Shown here one piece after another: positions 16,664 to 26,386 of a stretch of 34,900 nt of DNA. The stretch is from an uncultured Clostridia bacterium. GTDB taxonomy: Bacteria > Bacillota > Clostridia > TANB77 > CAG-508. Each line of letters begins with the position of its first letter. Positions within the stretch are counted from its first letter, which is position 1. Below the pieces are notes generated by a model. The model worked only from the letters and a program-made list of their open reading frames with translations, was not told where the DNA came from and searched no databases. Where the stretch lies: NCBI GenBank assembly GCA_944393735.1, contig CALYBE010000003.1, forward strand, positions 1 to 34,900, read 5' to 3'. The translations under genes were made by a program, and so were the position numbers.

Positions 16664-17353
16664 TTATTTATTTCTTCTAGTAATTGCTCTAATAAAGACA
16701 ATCGAACAAACTGTATTAATCATATATTTTGCTGATTTCATTGGTGTAAGATAACTTTCTCCAAATTCCCTGTCTTTTATTTCTACTTGTATTTCTTTTA
16801 CTCTTAATCCCTTTTTCATCATATATACTAATGTATCTGGTTCTGGAGTTAAACTTGCATTTCTGTTAAATTCCCAGATTGCTTTTTTATTGTAAGCTCT
16901 CATTCCTGAAGTAGAGTCTTTTATTGTATGTCCTGTTGTTATTTTTATAAAAAAGGTTATTATTCTACTACCTAACATTCTAAGTGTAAAAGGTTTTTTT
17001 TCTGTTACAAATCTTGAACCTATTACTATGTCTGCATTTCCATTTTCTATTTCTTGGACTAAATTTTTTAAGTATTTAGCTTCATGTTGTCCATCTCCAT
17101 CAAATTGAATTGCTATATCATAATCATTTTTATATGCATATTTCATTCCTAATTGAATTCCACTTGTTAATCCATAATTGATTGGTAATGATAACATGTT
17201 ATAATGATTTTTTTCGCAAACTTCTTTTGTATTGTCTTTTGAACAGTCATTTACTATGATATAATCATAGTTTGTATTTTCTGTAACATCTTTTACTGTT
17301 TTTTCTATATTCTGTGCTTCATTATATGCTGGTATTATTATTAAAACTTTCAT
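16664..17353 (-). CDS. Short soluble-type GT2 (DPM1/GacI-like polyprenol-monophosphate glycosyltransferase)
   Basis: 229 aa. IIIPAYNEAQNI, VNDCSKDNT and QFDGDGQH (DxD) motifs are present. It lacks a TM tail and is paired with the DUF2304 gene. Confidence 0.8.
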   Translation of the reverse strand: MKVLIIIPAYNEAQNIEKTVKDVTENTNYDYIIVNDCSKDNTKEVCEKNHYNMLSLPINYGLTSGIQLGMKYAYKNDYDIAIQFDGDGQHEAKYLKNLVQEIENGNADIVIGSRFVTEKKPFTLRMLGSRIITFFIKITTGHTIKDSTSGMRAYNKKAIWEFNRNASLTPEPDTLVYMMKKGLRVKEIQVEIKDREFGESYLTPMKSAKYMINTVCSIVFIRAITRRNK

Positions 17354-17384
17354 ATTTACTTTCGTTCCTTCCTTATTGTAAAAA

Positions 17385-19106
17385 TTAAATTACATATATC
17401 AAGCATACTAAATCTAAAAAAATAAGTAATCCTGATACTAAACATATATACATATTATTTTTTTCTTCATCTTCTGCTGTTCTTTTCCCAATAAAAGTTC
17501 TATCATTTATAAGCATTAATACTATTGGGAATATTGGGGTTAAATATCTTGGTTGATAACCACTAATAGCAATTTGTCCAACTGGTGTAAATGTTAAGTA
17601 TAACATTAAGCTTGTACTAGCAAACACCGCAATAAATGTTATTATTGATACAATACCTGTACGTAATTTAATTTTTTTGCTATTGTCTGTAATGCATACA
17701 TATAAAACAAATATCATCTCTAAGAAGAATAGTTGCTCATAATATCTTCCAAAAAATACTTCATTATTTAAATAAGTATACCAATTGTAATTTAATATTG
17801 AATTCATAACTTGTTCAAATCCAACTTTTATTATATTCATTGGTGAACTAATTAAAAATTCTATTTGTCCTATTAAACTTGTATCTCCTCCTCTAGGGTC
17901 ACCACCAGAAGATGCTGTTGCACCTAATTTATTTAATAATAAAATTGCACAACATATAACTGCTATTACTAATATTGTAATAATAATTGGTAAATTTTTT
18001 TTGTTGTTTTTTAATATTTTAAATATTGGTAGGACAAATACAAATAAGACAATTGCACAATATGCTAAGTTTTTAGCTAATAGACATAATGCAAATAATA
18101 CCATTAGTGTTAATATTTGTTTCATCAGTATAGTTTTATAATCCTGTTCAGATAGTTTTAAACAATAAGCTATAAAAATTCCTAAAATTCCTAAACATAT
18201 ACCATCAATAGATAGTGAACTTGCTAGTAATAATTGATATGGTAACATATAAATAATAAAGAAGATTTTTTGTTTATATGGTAATAGTTTTAAAATAAGA
18301 ATAATCATTAATGAATATGCTATTAAATTAAATAGTCTTGCTGTTATATATATGTCTGCTACACTTCCACCTAAAATTCTTGCAAATGTTATACCTAACA
18401 CAGAAGGTATATATAAAATAGCATTGTAATCAGCTGGTGAAGAACATACATAATATAATTCTGTTTCTTCTGTTCTATTCCAATCATTTGTTAAATTAGG
18501 TTCATATTTAATAGCAAAAAATCGTATAAAAGCATCTATATCACAGTCAAATATAATATCATTATAAGCAGGTTCATTTAGTGGATTTTTTACATAGTTA
18601 AAATTCCCATTTGCTATGTTTATTGCTGTCATCATATGTTTTTTTTCATCTAGTGTATGATTAAAATCAGTTGCAAATGTGAATATTATACCTAGTGTTG
18701 CAGTAATAACTATTGTGTTTTTTATATAATCTGATGACATATATATTAAGAGTATAAATCCCATAAGTAGTGCTATTATTAATGTTATAGCTTTATATAT
18801 AGATATCCATTTTATTAAAACATATATTGTTACAATTATGGCTATTGGCACATAAATTGCAATTGCAATCTTTTTTACTTTTGTTTGTAATGTATTCATA
18901 GCATTTATAATAAATTTATCTATATTTTTATATAGAAGTATTAAGAATACTGCATATATAACTAATCTGCATAAAGAAAAATTATATATACCGCTTCTAT
19001 GTCCATTACATATAAATATTTCATACATGAATATTGATATAATATAAATTGCTATTGTTAAAATCTTTAGTTTTTTTCTACCTAGTCTGTCTATTATTTC
19101 TAACAT
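17385..19106 (-). CDS. Large polytopic membrane protein, candidate GT-C-fold glycosyltransferase (GacL/DUF2142/ArnT-like role)
   Basis: 573 aa with more than 12 predicted TM helices. An early extracytoplasmic loop contains acidic residues (DFNHTLDEKKH). Its position next to the GacI/J-like pair supports the call. The family assignment is by architecture only. Confidence 0.5.
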   Translation of the reverse strand: MLEIIDRLGRKKLKILTIAIYIISIFMYEIFICNGHRSGIYNFSLCRLVIYAVFLILLYKNIDKFIINAMNTLQTKVKKIAIAIYVPIAIIVTIYVLIKWISIYKAITLIIALLMGFILLIYMSSDYIKNTIVITATLGIIFTFATDFNHTLDEKKHMMTAINIANGNFNYVKNPLNEPAYNDIIFDCDIDAFIRFFAIKYEPNLTNDWNRTEETELYYVCSSPADYNAILYIPSVLGITFARILGGSVADIYITARLFNLIAYSLMIILILKLLPYKQKIFFIIYMLPYQLLLASSLSIDGICLGILGIFIAYCLKLSEQDYKTILMKQILTLMVLFALCLLAKNLAYCAIVLFVFVLPIFKILKNNKKNLPIIITILVIAVICCAILLLNKLGATASSGGDPRGGDTSLIGQIEFLISSPMNIIKVGFEQVMNSILNYNWYTYLNNEVFFGRYYEQLFFLEMIFVLYVCITDNSKKIKLRTGIVSIITFIAVFASTSLMLYLTFTPVGQIAISGYQPRYLTPIFPIVLMLINDRTFIGKRTAEDEEKNNMYICLVSGLLIFLDLVCLIYVI

Positions 19107-19125
19107 TTCTTTCTCCTAATTTATC

Positions 19126-21411
19126 TTAGTCTTTTATCTTATATTTTTCTAATACGTTTCTTGTTGCTTGTATATATGCATATCCATAATTTCTATCAGG
19201 CTCTAGACAAGCTCCTTCAGCCCATTCGTTCCATGCATTTACAAAAATCATTTTTTCTTCTAATTCATCATTGTTTATTGTTTCTTTTACTAAATCTTCT
19301 AGCCATGTTTCATATAATTTAGGTGTAGAACCCCAGAATATATCTGGTGTAAATTGTCTTCTTGGAGAATTATCCCATGCTGGGAAAATTCCACGATATA
19401 ATTTATGGTCAAATGGTCTTAAATAAGTTTTTTCATCTACCATTCTTTTATAATCATAAACTACTCCTTTAAAATTCTTGTTAAAGAATTTTAATTGGTC
19501 ATTCATTACTTTTATTTCCATACCAAATGGAGGAAATTCAATAAATGCATCAAATATTTTTTTGTATTCATCTGTTATATCAAATGTCTTTACTGCTGCT
19601 ATATATGCTTCACCAATTCCAACTTTTCTTAAATAATTTCTCCAATTTTCTATCATTATTCCTACATTTTTTATTAATGTTGGTTTATAAATTATTATTA
19701 ATGGTTTTCCATCTACTTTTATATATCTTTCGTCTCTTATATATTTTTCCATATCTTGAATACAATAGATTAATTTTTCTTCATCATCATCTTGAGCTAT
19801 TAAAATTTCTTTATCTCCACCGTCCCATCTTTTGGTCCAGTTTTCATTAGCCCAATTTATGCAAAAGTTTATATCTAAATCTTTATTTTCTAATATAATA
19901 TCTAATGGTTTTTCCATTAATCTATGTCTATTAAACCAATAATAATATATTGAGAATCCATATATTCCATATTGTTTTGCAATTTCTATTTGCATCTTTA
20001 TAGCTTCTTTTTGACTTAAATCATAAAATCCTATATCATATGGTAATTTTGGTTGTAATTGTCCAACAAAATGTGGTACTGCTTTTGTTACATTATTCCA
20101 TTCTGTAAAATTCTTTCCCCACCATTCTTCATTTTCTTTAAATGCATGATATTGTGGCAAATAATGAGCTATTATTTTAACATCTTTATCTGTCCTATTA
20201 TAAGGTTTTTCATTATAAGGTACATATGTATCTCTTTTTTCTGGTTTGTCAAAATTACTATACATTTGGTCCATTAATTTTTTATAATCATTTATATTTA
20301 CATCATAGTTATATTGTAATCCACCATTTGCTTCCATTTGTTTTTTGTTTCTGTAATTGTGTATTGGTGCATATATTGATGGAAAATATGTCTGTAATAT
20401 TTTCTTGGCTAATTGTTTCATTCCTATTTTCTCCTTAAATAATTTTACATTTATTACATAAAAAGCTCTATATATATAAGCAAATAAAGGATAATTATAC
20501 ATTAGTGAAAATTGTTTTATGTATTTATCATCTTCATATTTGTATAAATTTTTAAATGGCTTTTTGCTCTTTAATACTATAAATTTTGTATCTAATATAG
20601 ATTGTAAATATTTTTTTCCATCTTCTATAATTGGCTTTAAATCTGGATTTAATACATTCATCCTTTTTTGTAATGTTTCTAATATTTGAATATGATTTGT
20701 TATTAAGTGTCTCCTTAATGTTCTTGAAAATTTGTATATTGTCTTTGTTGTGACATATCCAATCTGATTGTTTCCATGTTGTCTATATTTTATTAATGGC
20801 TTTTCAATATATCCTATATCTCCAGTTGAACCAGCAACTAATCCTAACCACCAGTCATGTACTATTGGGTATCCTGGTAGAGGAATTAATTTTTTTATTA
20901 ATTTACTATTTACTATTGTAGTACATCCAGTAATACAATTTGTCATAAGGCAACTTCTATAATCTTTGCTCTTTTTTATTTTGTTTTTTATATTATAGTC
21001 TGGCCAATAATCCCACATTGATGGATGTATTGTATTTAAGTCTTTATCTACTACTTCTAAATCTGAGCATACTAAATTTAATTTCTCAGTTGTTATTTTT
21101 TTGTAAGATTCTTCAACTTTATTAGGCAACCAAAAATCATCTTGATCTGATAGCATGAAATAGTCTGCTGTTACATAACTAAGTAACTTTTCAAAGTTTT
21201 TATTATATCCTAAATTTTTTTCATTTTTGATAATTTTAATTCTACTATCTTTATTTTTATATTCTTCTAGTATTTGCCATGTTTTATCTTTTGAACAGTC
21301 ATCACATATTATTAGTTTAAAATCCTTAAATGTTTGATTTAATATGCTTTCAATTTGTGGTCTTATGTATTTTTCTCCATTATAAGTTGCCATTAATATG
21401 TCTACTTTCAT
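19126..21411 (-). CDS. Bifunctional-looking fusion: N-terminal RgpB-like GT2 plus C-terminal WbsX-family (GH99-like fold) domain
   Basis: 761 aa. The N-terminus reads MATYNGEKYIRPQIESILNQTF...CDDCSKD...SDQDDFW. From about residue 410, IAHYLPQYHAFKENEEWWGKNFTEWNNV matches the characteristic YLPQ(F/Y)H...NDEWWGKGFTEW motif of WbsX proteins. Confidence 0.75.
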   Translation of the reverse strand: MKVDILMATYNGEKYIRPQIESILNQTFKDFKLIICDDCSKDKTWQILEEYKNKDSRIKIIKNEKNLGYNKNFEKLLSYVTADYFMLSDQDDFWLPNKVEESYKKITTEKLNLVCSDLEVVDKDLNTIHPSMWDYWPDYNIKNKIKKSKDYRSCLMTNCITGCTTIVNSKLIKKLIPLPGYPIVHDWWLGLVAGSTGDIGYIEKPLIKYRQHGNNQIGYVTTKTIYKFSRTLRRHLITNHIQILETLQKRMNVLNPDLKPIIEDGKKYLQSILDTKFIVLKSKKPFKNLYKYEDDKYIKQFSLMYNYPLFAYIYRAFYVINVKLFKEKIGMKQLAKKILQTYFPSIYAPIHNYRNKKQMEANGGLQYNYDVNINDYKKLMDQMYSNFDKPEKRDTYVPYNEKPYNRTDKDVKIIAHYLPQYHAFKENEEWWGKNFTEWNNVTKAVPHFVGQLQPKLPYDIGFYDLSQKEAIKMQIEIAKQYGIYGFSIYYYWFNRHRLMEKPLDIILENKDLDINFCINWANENWTKRWDGGDKEILIAQDDDEEKLIYCIQDMEKYIRDERYIKVDGKPLIIIYKPTLIKNVGIMIENWRNYLRKVGIGEAYIAAVKTFDITDEYKKIFDAFIEFPPFGMEIKVMNDQLKFFNKNFKGVVYDYKRMVDEKTYLRPFDHKLYRGIFPAWDNSPRRQFTPDIFWGSTPKLYETWLEDLVKETINNDELEEKMIFVNAWNEWAEGACLEPDRNYGYAYIQATRNVLEKYKIKD

Positions 21412-21432
21412 TACTACATCCTTTCTTATTAT

Positions 21433-23142
21433 TTAATTTTTTACTTTAAATAATTCGTTCTTTTCAAATTTCAAATTAACATTATAGTTAGGATCTGGCT
21501 TTTTTAGTTCCTTCTCCCACTTTTTATAAAATTTGTTTTCTCCTTCTTTTTGTGTAATTTCTAAAGTTTCTATTTCAATATGTGGATTAATTACATTTAA
21601 TTTGTGGCATTTTTTAAATAATGTGAAAGATAAATCTGCTAATGCGTCTGAGTAATCCATGTCTGCTGATAAGTAACCTGCTTTTTCTAAATCTTTTTTG
21701 TTTACCATTACACATTCTGATTTTATTATTGAATAATTCTGTACTACTGCTCCTCTTGTTACATATCCAAAACTTCCTGCAACATCTATATAATCTAAAT
21801 ATCCGATTTTGTCTTTATCTATACCAGATACTGTTCCATTATATTGAGAGCTTGTATATTTATAGATTATTCTAGGTGAAATAACTCCTACATCTCCTCT
21901 TTGAACATATCCTAATAGTTGTTCTATAAAGTCTTTTGTTTTTATGTCTTGAAAGTCTTTTGCAAATATTATTTGTTCACTATCTGTTTGTTTTGCAAGT
22001 TCATTTAGTTTTGCAATAACCTTATTTTTTTCAACAACTACTACTTTTTTTATTTTATCATTTTTTATTTCAATTTGTTTTGGCGCAATAACAATGATTT
22101 CATAATTTTTATATGTTACTTGATTTATATCTTCTGATAGCTTATTTAAATCAATTCTTTCATCTTGCAAATATAAAAGAATTGTTACTTTAGATTCTTT
22201 TTTTAATCCATATATTGCTCTATTTCTTACTATTGCAACTCCATATTCCATTTTTCCTTGAGTTAAACCTTTTCTTTTTAAATGTTCTTGTACTGCATTT
22301 TTTCCTGCTTCAAAGCAATATGGTTTTGCTTCAGCATTTCCAGCTGTTGAAGTTTGAGATACTCTCCAATGATACAATATTTGAGGTATATGTATTATTT
22401 TTTTCGCATTTTCTACAGCTCTTAAAATCAAGTCATAATCCTGGCTTCCATCAAATTGCTCATTAAATCCTTTTAATTTGTTCATCAATTCTTTTTTAAA
22501 TACGCTAAAATGACAAATATAATTATAACTTGTTAATGTGTCAAAAGCATAATCTGGTTTGAAATTAGGCTCACATCTAGTTTTTTTCTTGATGTCTGTG
22601 AATTTGTCTTCATCTGTAAATATATATTCTACTTCTGGATTTTCGTTTATTGTTTTTACTATTTCATATAATGAATTTGCAGGTATTAGGTCATCATGGT
22701 CTAATAACCCAATATAATCCCCTGTTACCATTTTTAAAGCTTCATTTGTATTTCCTGAAATTCCTTTATTCTCTTTTAAAATTTTATATTTTATTCTACT
22801 GTCTTTTGCAATAACTCTTTTTAGATATTCTAATGGTTTTGTACTACCATCTGCTAAGCATAATTCCCAATTTGAGTATGTTTGTTTTTGTACAGATTTT
22901 ATTAATTCTAACAAATATTTTTTTGGTGTGTTATATAAAGGAACAACTATGCTTATTTTTGGTTTAATTTTAAATTCATGTTGTTTTTGTAGTTTAAGTT
23001 CTTTTTTTGATGGTGTATTTTTTCTAATCCATGAATAATATTCTTTCTTTTCCTCATCATTAAAATGTTTTTTTACTTTTGCCAAAAAAGCTTTTATTCC
23101 ATCATTTTTTAATGAACTTATTACTTTTTTTATTGTGTTCAT
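21433..23142 (-). CDS. Two-domain GT2 glycosyltransferase
   Basis: 569 aa. The first domain has ISIVVPLYNT...QKQTYSNWELCLADGS...LDHDDL. A second, degenerate GT-A-like domain follows from about residue 315 (VTILLYL...YKNYEIIVIA). Confidence 0.75.
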   Translation of the reverse strand: MNTIKKVISSLKNDGIKAFLAKVKKHFNDEEKKEYYSWIRKNTPSKKELKLQKQHEFKIKPKISIVVPLYNTPKKYLLELIKSVQKQTYSNWELCLADGSTKPLEYLKRVIAKDSRIKYKILKENKGISGNTNEALKMVTGDYIGLLDHDDLIPANSLYEIVKTINENPEVEYIFTDEDKFTDIKKKTRCEPNFKPDYAFDTLTSYNYICHFSVFKKELMNKLKGFNEQFDGSQDYDLILRAVENAKKIIHIPQILYHWRVSQTSTAGNAEAKPYCFEAGKNAVQEHLKRKGLTQGKMEYGVAIVRNRAIYGLKKESKVTILLYLQDERIDLNKLSEDINQVTYKNYEIIVIAPKQIEIKNDKIKKVVVVEKNKVIAKLNELAKQTDSEQIIFAKDFQDIKTKDFIEQLLGYVQRGDVGVISPRIIYKYTSSQYNGTVSGIDKDKIGYLDYIDVAGSFGYVTRGAVVQNYSIIKSECVMVNKKDLEKAGYLSADMDYSDALADLSFTLFKKCHKLNVINPHIEIETLEITQKEGENKFYKKWEKELKKPDPNYNVNLKFEKNELFKVKN

Positions 23143-23158
23143 AAAACTACCTCTTCCA

Positions 23159-25015
23159 TCATTTTTTAAATGTATGTTTTATTTTTGATAATCCTCTTGC
23201 TACTTTCCAGCTTTTTGATTGATAAATATTGTTTAAAGTGTTTTTTAATTGTATATTTTCATTTTTTATTTCTGTATTTTCATTTATTAACTCAGTCATT
23301 TTCTTTTTTAACATTTCTTTGTTTTTTACTTCTTCAACTAAATACTTATTTTGTTCTTCTATTCCTCTATTATGTTTTATTAATTCTACATTTCTTTCTT
23401 GTAGATGATAATTATCATAAATTGGATTTCTATACTTTCTTTGATAAAAGCTAAAAATTTCTTTATCTAAAATGTTTTCTCCTAATTTACTATCTACTTG
23501 TTCAAAAATAGGAATAAATTCTTTAATTTGCATTTTTCCATAAAGATCATATTCTTCTATTTTATCACGTATTTTTTCTATATTTACTATGCTTCTATAT
23601 ATTAAAAATTCTATTGGTACATAGTTTTCAACCCATTCTTGGTCAAAAAATATACATTTGGCATTTATAATAAAGCAATTTTTCAATATCATATCCCAAT
23701 ATCCATTTTTTAAATAATGAAATTTTGATAATATTGTTTTATCTATATCAGGAATGAACTTTTCAATAACTGTCTTTTGGTTTTCTTGGTATGGAATACT
23801 TATTTTTGATATTTCTTCTTTATATTTATTTAAAATTCTTAATATCTCTTCTGGTTTTTTATCATTATCTGATATTAATTGTGATGCTAATTTTGCATCT
23901 ACAAATCTACTAACTATTTTATCATCTCTAACTTCATCTAATATTTCAATATTGTCTTGTTTTAAGTTCTGTATAATGTTTTTCATTTCTTCAATATGTG
24001 CTTTTGATTTTATATTAATACTTGTTTTTTCTACTTCTTTTTCTTTTATTTTTGTCATTAATTGAAATTCTTCTTTTCTATAATTGTTGAAAGATATAAA
24101 TTTTGTTTCATTTTTGAACTCTATTTGTGATGCTTCTATAAAATATGAGTTTGCAAAAAACGAGAACATTTTTTCATCTTCTTTAATTATTGTATCATAA
24201 GCATCTACTTCACTATAAAATATAAAACTACTTTCATTGTAATATGGAAAATATCCATTTATTTTAGAACTTGTTGGCAAATATTGGTCAGTAAAGATTA
24301 AACTTGGTAATTTGTAATCTGGTAAAGGATAAAAGAATTTATAATAATTTAGTCCAACTTGTCTTAAGATGTTTTCTATTTCTTTTTTTCCTAATTTGTA
24401 TGGTTTTTTACTGCTTTTGTATCCTGTAATAGAATCAAATGTGATTCCTGTACATTTGTCTCTATCTCCGACATATGACCTTAGTGCAAATTTATTATCT
24501 GTTGCTATTAATAATTTGCCTTCAGGTTTTAACAAACTTTTGCAATATGTTATTAAATCTAGTGCTGGTTTTTCTGTATCAAAAATATTTTGTGCAAATT
24601 CTAATAAACCAAATAAAGTTATATAATCGAACTTTTCTTCAAAATTAATATTCTGAAATTTTCCTACAATAATTTCTAAATTATTCTTATCTTCGTGCCT
24701 TTTAGCAATTGCTTCTGCTCTTTTTTTATTTAACTCTATAGAAATTACTTTTTCACATTTTTCACATAATGCTCCTGTGATTTCTCCCAAATGTGCTCCA
24801 ATTTCTAGTACAACAGAGTTAGGCTTAAAGTCATATGCATATACTAGGTTCTTTCGTATATTAGACAGCCCTAGCATAACTTCATCACTTAAGTCTTTTT
24901 TTACAATACTTTCAAAATCTTCTGTATTGGTATTTATATATTCGATTACTTTGTCTTCATTTGGTCTTAATTCAAACTCACATTCTTTATAATAATAATC
25001 AAGATTTAATCTCAT
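23159..25015 (-). CDS. Class I SAM-dependent methyltransferase with an unknown central region and a C-terminal coiled coil (WbdD/WsaE-like chain-terminator candidate)
   Basis: 618 aa. SAM motif I is VLEIGAHLGEITG, with ITLFGLLEF as post-motif II. The last ~70 residues are heptad-like (EEQNKYLVEEVKNKEMLKKKMTELINENTEIKNENIQLKNTLNNIY). Confidence 0.7.
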   Translation of the reverse strand: MRLNLDYYYKECEFELRPNEDKVIEYINTNTEDFESIVKKDLSDEVMLGLSNIRKNLVYAYDFKPNSVVLEIGAHLGEITGALCEKCEKVISIELNKKRAEAIAKRHEDKNNLEIIVGKFQNINFEEKFDYITLFGLLEFAQNIFDTEKPALDLITYCKSLLKPEGKLLIATDNKFALRSYVGDRDKCTGITFDSITGYKSSKKPYKLGKKEIENILRQVGLNYYKFFYPLPDYKLPSLIFTDQYLPTSSKINGYFPYYNESSFIFYSEVDAYDTIIKEDEKMFSFFANSYFIEASQIEFKNETKFISFNNYRKEEFQLMTKIKEKEVEKTSINIKSKAHIEEMKNIIQNLKQDNIEILDEVRDDKIVSRFVDAKLASQLISDNDKKPEEILRILNKYKEEISKISIPYQENQKTVIEKFIPDIDKTILSKFHYLKNGYWDMILKNCFIINAKCIFFDQEWVENYVPIEFLIYRSIVNIEKIRDKIEEYDLYGKMQIKEFIPIFEQVDSKLGENILDKEIFSFYQRKYRNPIYDNYHLQERNVELIKHNRGIEEQNKYLVEEVKNKEMLKKKMTELINENTEIKNENIQLKNTLNNIYQSKSWKVARGLSKIKHTFKK

Positions 25016-25032
25016 ATTTTATATCATTTCCT

Positions 25033-26364
25033 TTATTTTTGTTTTTCAATTTTTATGTCTGTGTCTAAACTTAATATTCCTACATGCTCTTTTGATGAAA
25101 TTATTTCTACAAGCAATGCGTCATATTTTCTGCTTAGTACTTCTAGTTCTCCATTTGGCTTAAAATGTGTACAACTAAAAGAAAGTGTATATTTATTAGG
25201 TGCAACTTGTAATCTAGTTTTAAAAGAAACCTCTACGACATCACCTTTTTGGTATTTTCCTGTTGCTATTTTTTCTATTAAAGTGTTTGTTCCACAAATT
25301 TCTAATCCATTAAAATCTTTTAGTGTCATAGTAAAAATAGGTTCATTTACAATATCATTAAATTTTATCTTTGATTTTAAAACAACATTTTTTGAATTGT
25401 CAATTGATTGTAGATATTTTCCGTTTTCATCAAATATTCCATAATCTATTACTTCTGCTTGCCCATTTCCATATTCAATTATATTTTTATTCTGATTAAA
25501 ATGTGATTTCCATGTATCTTTTGCTTTTTCTTTTTTAAAATCTTTCTCTACACTTATTTGTGGCTTTTTTTCTTCTTTAGGTTGTACAGATTCATCTAAC
25601 CCTACAATAATCTTTTTGTATTTTTCTACTCCCTCTTTTACTCCACCATCAAATATTTTCTTTCCTGAATTTATTATTATTGTTCTTGTACAATTTTTTA
25701 AAACATCTGTAATACTATGTGTTACAAAAAGTATAGTTTTACCCTTTTTCTTAAATTGATCAAATTTTTTAAAGCATTTTAATTGAAAAGCCATATCTCC
25801 TACTGATAATACTTCATCTACAATTAATATTTCTGGGTCAACATTTATTGCACATGAAAATGCAAGCCTTGCAAACATACCAGATGAATATGTTTTTACA
25901 GGCTGATATATATGGTCTCCTATATCTGCAAAATCTATTATTTCTGGTTTTCTTGCTTCTATTTGTTCATTTGTAAGTCCCATAACTTGTCCATGTTGAT
26001 ATATATTTTCTATTCCTGTTAGTTCCATATTAAATGCTGTTCCTAATTCTAATAATGAACTTATTTTACCTTTTGTTATTATTTCACCACTTGTTGGTGT
26101 TACAACTCCTGTTATCATTTTTAATAAAGTTGATTTACCAGCTCCGTTTTTACCTAATATTCCTAGGATTTCTCCTTTTTTTACTTCAAGATTTAAATTA
26201 TCTAATGCTCTAAATGTACCATGTCTTTGAATTCCTGGAAAAACTGCTTCTATCAACCTATCTTTTTTGGTAGGATACATTTTATATTCTTTTGTTAAGT
26301 TTTTAATTTCAACTACAATTTCTTCTTGTTTTGCTTTATTATTTTTTTGTGCCACTATTTTCAC
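25033..26364 (-). CDS. Polysaccharide/teichoic-acid ABC exporter ATPase (Wzt/TagH/RgpD-like) with a ~180-aa C-terminal Wzt_C-like beta-sandwich extension
   Basis: Walker A is GKNGAGKST, the signature is YSSGM, and Walker B is ILIVDE. The C-terminal extension (IEYGNGQAEVIDYGIFDENG...KYTLSFSC...) resembles the carbohydrate-binding domain of Wzt. The listed GTG start has no RBS spacing. The GTG at 26355, with GAAAGGGTG upstream, is the more likely start. Confidence 0.88.
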   Translation of the reverse strand: MKIVAQKNNKAKQEEIVVEIKNLTKEYKMYPTKKDRLIEAVFPGIQRHGTFRALDNLNLEVKKGEILGILGKNGAGKSTLLKMITGVVTPTSGEIITKGKISSLLELGTAFNMELTGIENIYQHGQVMGLTNEQIEARKPEIIDFADIGDHIYQPVKTYSSGMFARLAFSCAINVDPEILIVDEVLSVGDMAFQLKCFKKFDQFKKKGKTILFVTHSITDVLKNCTRTIIINSGKKIFDGGVKEGVEKYKKIIVGLDESVQPKEEKKPQISVEKDFKKEKAKDTWKSHFNQNKNIIEYGNGQAEVIDYGIFDENGKYLQSIDNSKNVVLKSKIKFNDIVNEPIFTMTLKDFNGLEICGTNTLIEKIATGKYQKGDVVEVSFKTRLQVAPNKYTLSFSCTHFKPNGELEVLSRKYDALLVEIISSKEHVGILSLDTDIKIEKQK

Positions 26365-26386
26365 CCTTTCTAAAATGTTTCATTCT

